A model generated the notes under the pieces. The model did no database searches and was not told the origin of the DNA. It saw only the letters and a list, made by a program, of their open reading frames with translations. Shown here one piece after another: positions 59,043 through 64,000 of a stretch of DNA of 64,000 bases. The position numbers and the translations under genes are program-made. Numbering within the stretch: position 1 is the first letter of the stretch; each line of letters begins with the position of its first letter. Source of the DNA: an uncultured Clostridia bacterium (lineage in GTDB: Bacteria; Bacillota; Clostridia; Oscillospirales; Oscillospiraceae); the NCBI GenBank assembly GCA_937957765.1, contig CALFXG010000043.1, positions 30,213 through 94,212 on the forward strand, given 5' to 3'.

Positions 59043-59381
59043 ATGAAGAAGAAAAGAATTGTAAGACTGTTCGCTATGGCAGGCGTTATGATGCTGGTTG
59101 TGGCATTTATGGCGATGCCTGCCTATGCTGCCGGCGGCAATGTGTCCGGGGCCATCGAGGGCACATGGTCTGCTGCTCAGGGTCAGATCAAGGACATCGT
59201 CAACAATGTGGTGTTCCCGGTGATCGACATGATTCTGGCGGTTCTGCTGTTCGTCAAGATTGCAACAGCGTATATGGACTACCGGAAACACGGACAGTTT
59301 GAGTTTACAGCACCGGCGATTTTGTTTGCCTGTCTGCTGTTTTCCCTGACTGCCCCCAGCTACATCTGGAATATCCTGTAA
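59043..59381 (+). CDS. TrbC/VirB2-like small membrane protein of conjugative T4SS
   Basis: Signal peptide (AMPAYA) followed by two hydrophobic helices; start at MKKKRIV. Confidence 0.4.
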   Translation: MKKKRIVRLFAMAGVMMLVVAFMAMPAYAAGGNVSGAIEGTWSAAQGQIKDIVNNVVFPVIDMILAVLLFVKIATAYMDYRKHGQFEFTAPAILFACLLFSLTAPSYIWNIL

Positions 59382-59523
59382 GCTGTGGTTTTCGGTTTCG
59401 GAAAGGGGGTGGTGAACCATCTTTGATTGGTTAGGCGATATTCTGGCAGGTCTGGGAGATGCCCTGGGCGGTGCGTTCGGGAACATTGGTGAGGATATTG
59501 TAAACTCTGTCTGGAATGCCCTG

Positions 59524-60354
59524 GTGCAATGGCTGTACGAAGCCTTTTACTCCGCTATCGGGGAACTGTTCGCGGACATCAACGATCTTGGGGTGGAGAT
59601 ATTTGACCTGAGCTGGGTGCAGGCGGTGGTCAGCCTGTTTACTATGCTGGGGTGGTCGCTGTTTGTGGTTGGTGTGGTGGTGGCCGTCTTTGAGGTAGCC
59701 ATTGAGAGCCAGAGCGGCAGGGTCAACATCAAAGGGACGGCCCTGAATGTGCTGAAGGGCTTCTTTGGAGCCAGTCTGGTGGGCGCTCTTCCTGTGCAGC
59801 TGTATAAAACCTGTTGTACCTTGCAGGGGATATTCACTGCCGACCTGGCAGGAATTTATGCCGGTTCCCAGAGCAGCACCATTGGTGCCTTTGCGGGGCA
59901 GGTTCTCAGACTTGCGTTTGTTCCGTCGGAAGCGGTGGAGGTGGGGCTTAAGATTATCTTTTTCCTGCTGGCCTTTGCCTACTGCGTGATCAAGATATTC
60001 TTCGCCAACATCAAGCGGGGCGGCATTCTCCTGGTGCAGATTGCTGTTGGCAGCCTGTACCTGTTCAGTGTGCCGAGAGGATATACAGATGGATTTTACC
60101 AGTGGTGCAAGCAGGTCGCTGCCATCTGCCTGACTGCCTTTTTGCAGACCACATTGCTGTTCCTTGGGATGATGACATTCCAGAATAATATGCTGTTAGG
60201 CATCGGCATCATGCTGGCGGCAGGTGAGGTACCCCGGGTCGCACAGCAGTTCGGTTTGGACAGCTCCGTTAAAGTGAATATGAGCAGCGTGATTTACTCT
60301 ACCAACTCGGCGGTAAATCTGGCCCGGAACATCATGAAACCGGCAGCGGCGTAA
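59524..60354 (+). CDS. VirB6/TrbL-like polytopic membrane protein of conjugative T4SS (start uncertain)
   Basis: Five or more TM helices; the in-frame protein-like extension back to 59416 contains no ATG/GTG/TTG. Confidence 0.45.
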   Translation: MQWLYEAFYSAIGELFADINDLGVEIFDLSWVQAVVSLFTMLGWSLFVVGVVVAVFEVAIESQSGRVNIKGTALNVLKGFFGASLVGALPVQLYKTCCTLQGIFTADLAGIYAGSQSSTIGAFAGQVLRLAFVPSEAVEVGLKIIFFLLAFAYCVIKIFFANIKRGGILLVQIAVGSLYLFSVPRGYTDGFYQWCKQVAAICLTAFLQTTLLFLGMMTFQNNMLLGIGIMLAAGEVPRVAQQFGLDSSVKVNMSSVIYSTNSAVNLARNIMKPAAA

Positions 60355-60364
60355 GGAGGGCAGT

Positions 60365-60631
60365 ATGAAAACCTATCTGTACCCGCAGAACCTCAAGGCC
60401 AGAGCGAACCTGTGGCTTTGGAGCCTGCGGGATTTTGTAATTCTGTGCGCTGCCGTGCTGGTCAGCGCCGTGATTTTTCTGAACTCCGGCATTGCACTAC
60501 CCGCTGCCCTGGCGCTTTGCTTCGGTTTCCTGACCATCCGGAAGGACGATATCACGGTGGTGGACTTCCTGGGCTATGCCGTCCAGTTCTTTCTGACCAG
60601 CCAGCAATACTTTGAATGGAGGGAGCCATGA
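60365..60631 (+). CDS. PrgI/VirB3-like small membrane protein
   Basis: 88 aa with two TM helices, immediately upstream of VirB4, as in Gram-positive conjugation loci. Confidence 0.5.
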   Translation: MKTYLYPQNLKARANLWLWSLRDFVILCAAVLVSAVIFLNSGIALPAALALCFGFLTIRKDDITVVDFLGYAVQFFLTSQQYFEWREP

Positions 60632-61254
60632 AGAAAAAACAAGGGAATCAGAAGCGGGGATGCGGGGGCAAGAAAAATTCGGTACAGGAGCTTCTGAGTA
60701 TCCAGTATTTCACAAAATACGGCCTTATGACAGAGCATTGGGAGATGGTGTTCTTCCAGATTGCGCCCACCAATATTTCTGTGTTATCCTATGAAAATAT
60801 TGAACGGAAGATAAATCATTTGCAGGGGCTCATCTCCATGCACCCGGATATGGAAATCGTGTGTACGGATTCCTGCGAGTGCTTTGACGGCAACCGGGAG
60901 TACCTGCGCCGCCGGGCGTTGGAAGAATCCAACCGACAGGTCCGCTCCATTTTGGAGAAGGATCGGGAGATGCTCTCTCAGATGCAGTCGGAGATGTCCA
61001 ATGCCCGGCAGTTTTATCTTGTTATGCGGTTTAAAAACATGAAGCCCGATATGGTGTTCAGTGCCATCAATGAAGCCCGGAAGCGGATGTCGGAAAAAGG
61101 TTTTGAGACCCATCGACTCACCAGACCGGAGCTGAAGCGGTTCCTTGCTATCTATCTGGAGGCATCCATGGACGGGGATAAGCTGCCGGACATGGATGGG
61201 AGTCAATATATCCGGGAGGCGCTGAAAAAGGATGAGAAGAAGGGGAGTGCATAA
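60628..61254 (+). CDS. VirB4-family conjugal transfer ATPase, N-terminal segment (separate ORF)
   Basis: Resembles the N-terminus of Gram-positive VirB4 (PrgJ/TcpF/Orf16) proteins; ends TAA 61252-54, 1 nt into the next ATG. Confidence 0.5.
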   Translation: MKKKQGNQKRGCGGKKNSVQELLSIQYFTKYGLMTEHWEMVFFQIAPTNISVLSYENIERKINHLQGLISMHPDMEIVCTDSCECFDGNREYLRRRALEESNRQVRSILEKDREMLSQMQSEMSNARQFYLVMRFKNMKPDMVFSAINEARKRMSEKGFETHRLTRPELKRFLAIYLEASMDGDKLPDMDGSQYIREALKKDEKKGSA

Positions 61255-63089
61255 TGTTGGGTAAGCTGTTCGGAAAAAAGAAAAAGGTCGGGGAGGAGCG
61301 GGCAAGGATGGAAACCAAGTCCTTCTTTGACTGTATTGCCCCCGCAACCATCCGGTTTTATGCCAATTATTTCCTTGTAGGGGATACCTACCGCTGCGTC
61401 TGGGTCATCCGGGAGTACCCGCCAAGTACGGAGGAGCAGGCGATCCTCTCTCATCTGGCGGATCATTCCGGGGTGACCCTCAGAATATACAATCGTCTGG
61501 TGGAAGCCTACGAGCAGCGGCAGATTGCCAACAATGCTGCCCGGAAGAACCGCCTGAAGCTTGGGGATACGGACATCAACGAATCTATCCAGGCGGAACA
61601 GAACCTGCTGGATGTTCAGCAGCTTCTGGTGACTTTGAGCCGGGAGAAGCAGCCGCTGATCCACTGTGCTGTGTTTCTGGAGCTGAAGGCCAGAAGCATG
61701 AGTGCTTTGGAGAGCCTGCAGTCCGATATCAGCATGGAGCTGACCCGTTCCAAGATCACTGTAGATCGCCTGACTCTGCGGCAGAAAGAGGGCTTTCTCT
61801 CCGCCATGCCCTTTGGATGTAACCGTTTCGGAAGTCAGTTTGAACGGGTACTTCCGGCCAGCGCCACTGGGAATATGTTTCCGTTCAACTTCTCCGGAAA
61901 GACAGACCCCAAGGGCTTCTATATCGGTCGGGATAAGTACGGTACCAATATTCTGGTAGATCTGGATCGCCGGGCCGACGACAAAACCAACAGCAACATC
62001 CTGATCCTGGGCAACTCCGGTCAGGGAAAATCCTACCTGATGAAGCTGCTGCTGACCAATCTCCGCGAGGCAGGAAAGCGGGTGCTGGTTCTGGATGCCG
62101 AGGGAGAATACGGAGAACTGGCGGAAAACAACGGCGGCTGCTGCCTGGATCTTCTGGACGGGCAGTACATGATCAATATTCTGGAACCAAAGGTCTGGGC
62201 AAGCGAGCCGGTGGAGGATCCGGATGCCCCCGAAGCCTTCCGCAAAAGCGGCAGAATAGGGCAGCATATCGCATTCCTGAAAGACTGGTTCCGCAGCTAC
62301 AAGGACTTTACGGATGCTGAGGTGGACACCATTGAGATCATGCTGTCCCAGCTTTACCGGGAATTTGGCCTGACAGAAAAGACGGACTTTTCCAAGCTGA
62401 AGCCGGAGAATTACCCCATTTTGTCCGACCTGTATAAGCTGTGCTTACAGGAATATTACTGCTATGACAAGAAAAACAAGCTCCTCTATACCGAGGAGAC
62501 TCTGCGCAATATCTGTCTGGGGCTGAACTCCGTTTGTGTTGGTTCTGAAAGCCGGTTTTTCAATGGGCATACCAATATCCAGGATAATATGTTCCTGGTG
62601 TTTGGGGTAAAGGGCGTTATGGATCTGAACAAGAAGCTCCGCTGTGCCATTGAGTTCAATATTCTGTCCTACATGACCCACCAGCTTCTCAGTGTTGGAA
62701 ACTGTGTGGCTGCCTTGGACGAACTGTACCTGTTCCTGGACAGCCCGGTGACTATCGAGTACATCCGCAACAACATGAAACGTGTCCGGAAGAAGGAGTC
62801 GGCCATGGTTCTGGCTTCCCAGAATATTGAGGACTTTCTGCTTCCCAACATCCGGGAGATGACCAAGCCCCTGTTTTCCATTCCTACCCACCAATTCCTG
62901 TTCAATCCGGGACAGATAAATCCCAAAGACTACATGGATGCCCTGCAGGTGGAGCCGTCAGAGTATGATCTGATCCACGGCTGTGAGCGGGGGCATAACC
63001 TGTACCGGTGCGGCAATGAACGATATCTTCTGCAGGTTATCGCCCCGGAGCATAAGGCCGCGCTGTTCGGCACAGCGGGAGGACGGTAA
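61254..63089 (+). CDS. VirB4-family conjugal transfer ATPase (main body with Walker A/B)
   Basis: Walker A ILILGNSGQGKS, Walker B VLVLDAEGE; Walker A lies ~255 aa from the ORF start, versus ~440 in intact VirB4. Confidence 0.75.
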   Translation: MLGKLFGKKKKVGEERARMETKSFFDCIAPATIRFYANYFLVGDTYRCVWVIREYPPSTEEQAILSHLADHSGVTLRIYNRLVEAYEQRQIANNAARKNRLKLGDTDINESIQAEQNLLDVQQLLVTLSREKQPLIHCAVFLELKARSMSALESLQSDISMELTRSKITVDRLTLRQKEGFLSAMPFGCNRFGSQFERVLPASATGNMFPFNFSGKTDPKGFYIGRDKYGTNILVDLDRRADDKTNSNILILGNSGQGKSYLMKLLLTNLREAGKRVLVLDAEGEYGELAENNGGCCLDLLDGQYMINILEPKVWASEPVEDPDAPEAFRKSGRIGQHIAFLKDWFRSYKDFTDAEVDTIEIMLSQLYREFGLTEKTDFSKLKPENYPILSDLYKLCLQEYYCYDKKNKLLYTEETLRNICLGLNSVCVGSESRFFNGHTNIQDNMFLVFGVKGVMDLNKKLRCAIEFNILSYMTHQLLSVGNCVAALDELYLFLDSPVTIEYIRNNMKRVRKKESAMVLASQNIEDFLLPNIREMTKPLFSIPTHQFLFNPGQINPKDYMDALQVEPSEYDLIHGCERGHNLYRCGNERYLLQVIAPEHKAALFGTAGGR

Positions 63090-64000
63090 ATGGGAATCAC
63101 GGTAGGCGCGGCGCTGAAAAAGGCAGCGATTGCAATCCTTGGCAACCCGAAAGCTCTGAAAAAGCTGCTGTTCGCGGTTCTGGTGGTCTTCGTGGCTCTG
63201 CTCCTGCCGATGGTCATGGTGGTTTGCCTGTTCAGCGGCAGTTTTCAGGTGGACAGTGGGGAATTGCTGCGGTATGTGGAAGCCAACCTGACAGAATCGG
63301 ATGTGCAGCTGCTGCAGAGCGTGGAAACTACCATGACGGAGATTGAAAACGCCATGATCGAGGCAGAGCTGAGCGCTGATGTGGGAGCAGCCCAGGCGCT
63401 GTATATTATGGCGCTGTATGATTTTGCCAGCCAGCCTGGATTCGTGTCCAGGCTGGTTTCCTGCTTTGAGGCGGAACAGACAGATGCCCAGCTCATTGCC
63501 AATGTCAACGCGGCATTTGGCACAGAGATCCCGGTTCAGGAGTTTACTGACGTAATGCGTAATGTTCGCTCCCGGAGAATTGATACTGCCCGGTATGTGG
63601 ACTGCGGCACCAAGAACAATCTGGATCTGGTGCAGTGGGCGATCTCTGCCTGTAACTCCGGATGGGGCTATGTCATGGGTACTTTCGGGCAGGTGCTGAC
63701 TGTCGACCTGCTGGAAGCAAAGCTGGCCCAGCTTCCGGATGCCATAGGTCCCTATGAGGATTACATAAGAGCGAATTATCTTGGGGTCCGGACGGCAGAC
63801 TGTATTGGGCTGATCAAGGGCTACAGTTGGTACGACCCCGAAACAGGAAATATCAACTACAAAAGCAATGGAATGCCGGATGTCGGTGCTGACCAGATCT
63901 ATAACCAGGCCACGGAAAGAGGAAGTATGGCTGCTATGCCGGAGATTCCGGGACTGATTCTCCATGCCAGCGGCCATGTGGGTATCTACATTGGAAACGG
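63090..64000 (+). CDS. membrane-anchored cell-wall hydrolase (CHAP or NlpC/P60-like), partial at window end
   Basis: ATG overlaps the VirB4 stop (TAAATG); N-terminal TM helix; Cys...His pattern (ADCIGLIKGY...HVGIYIG). Confidence 0.45.
   Translation, partial: MGITVGAALKKAAIAILGNPKALKKLLFAVLVVFVALLLPMVMVVCLFSGSFQVDSGELLRYVEANLTESDVQLLQSVETTMTEIENAMIEAELSADVGAAQALYIMALYDFASQPGFVSRLVSCFEAEQTDAQLIANVNAAFGTEIPVQEFTDVMRNVRSRRIDTARYVDCGTKNNLDLVQWAISACNSGWGYVMGTFGQVLTVDLLEAKLAQLPDAIGPYEDYIRANYLGVRTADCIGLIKGYSWYDPETGNINYKSNGMPDVGADQIYNQATERGSMAAMPEIPGLILHASGHVGIYIGN

Larger units (their letters stand above)
48580..64000 (+). mobile_element. integrative/conjugative element (left portion; continues beyond window)
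   Basis: GC drop to ~50-58%; all genes but one on the same strand; Gram-positive T4SS set (TrbC-like, VirB6-like, PrgI/VirB3-like, VirB4, cell-wall hydrolase) plus ICE cargo families (DUF4314, DUF3846, SpoVG-like, orphan Dam); begins directly after a tRNA operon. Confidence 0.65.

Noticed and set aside
61203-63977. Minus-strand ORFs 61203..62267 and 62958..63977
   Set aside because: They are antisense to VirB4 (Walker A/B present on + strand) and to the downstream hydrolase gene.

Overview
High-GC (~63-66%) Firmicutes/Clostridia-type chromosome segment, probably from a spore-forming Oscillospiraceae/Ruminococcaceae-like organism. Core genes occupy ~1-48.5 kb: a BlaI/BlaR1 pair followed by a low-GC islet (small Cys-rich secreted protein plus an orphan SBP-like lipoprotein); a zinc-phospholipase-C-like protein; a 1023-aa membrane Ser/Thr kinase with an FN3-like ectodomain, divergent from a zinc-ribbon/Big_2 protein; DUF378; ispE; addB-addA; spoVAD-spoVAE with a downstream Q/N-rich micro-ORF; an NlpC/P60-SH3 hydrolase; ireB; pheS-pheT behind a T-box leader; a DEDDh exonuclease; a BspA-type LRR protein; spmA-spmB; rsmI; a tRNA methyltransferase; a 56-aa 2[4Fe-4S] ferredoxin absent from the ORF track; a ClpC-like ATPase; a compact dcw cluster (mraZ-rsmH-ftsL-PBP-murE-murF-mraY-ftsW-murG-ftsQ-ftsZ, with no ftsA/murD/murC/ddl); a SAM methyltransferase; hslO; and a tRNA operon (Val-Asp-Phe-Gly-Cys). 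From ~48.6 kb to the window end the GC drops (~50-58%), and all genes but one (50108..50419) read on the + strand, forming the left part of an integrative/conjugative element. It carries a Cys-rich micro-protein, DUF4314, an orphan Dam-like methyltransferase with no recognisable start codon, two AbrB/SpoVT-like proteins (one with a CPCDCCCEGC tail), DUF3846-like and SpoVG-like proteins, a sortase-assembled pilus operon (LPMTG tip adhesin, LPATG pilin, two sortases), TrbC/VirB2-like, VirB6/TrbL-like and PrgI/VirB3-like proteins, a VirB4 ATPase split into two ORFs at a G4 homopolymer, and a cell-wall hydrolase. Many long ORFs in the track are antisense artefacts of GC-rich coding DNA and were rejected.
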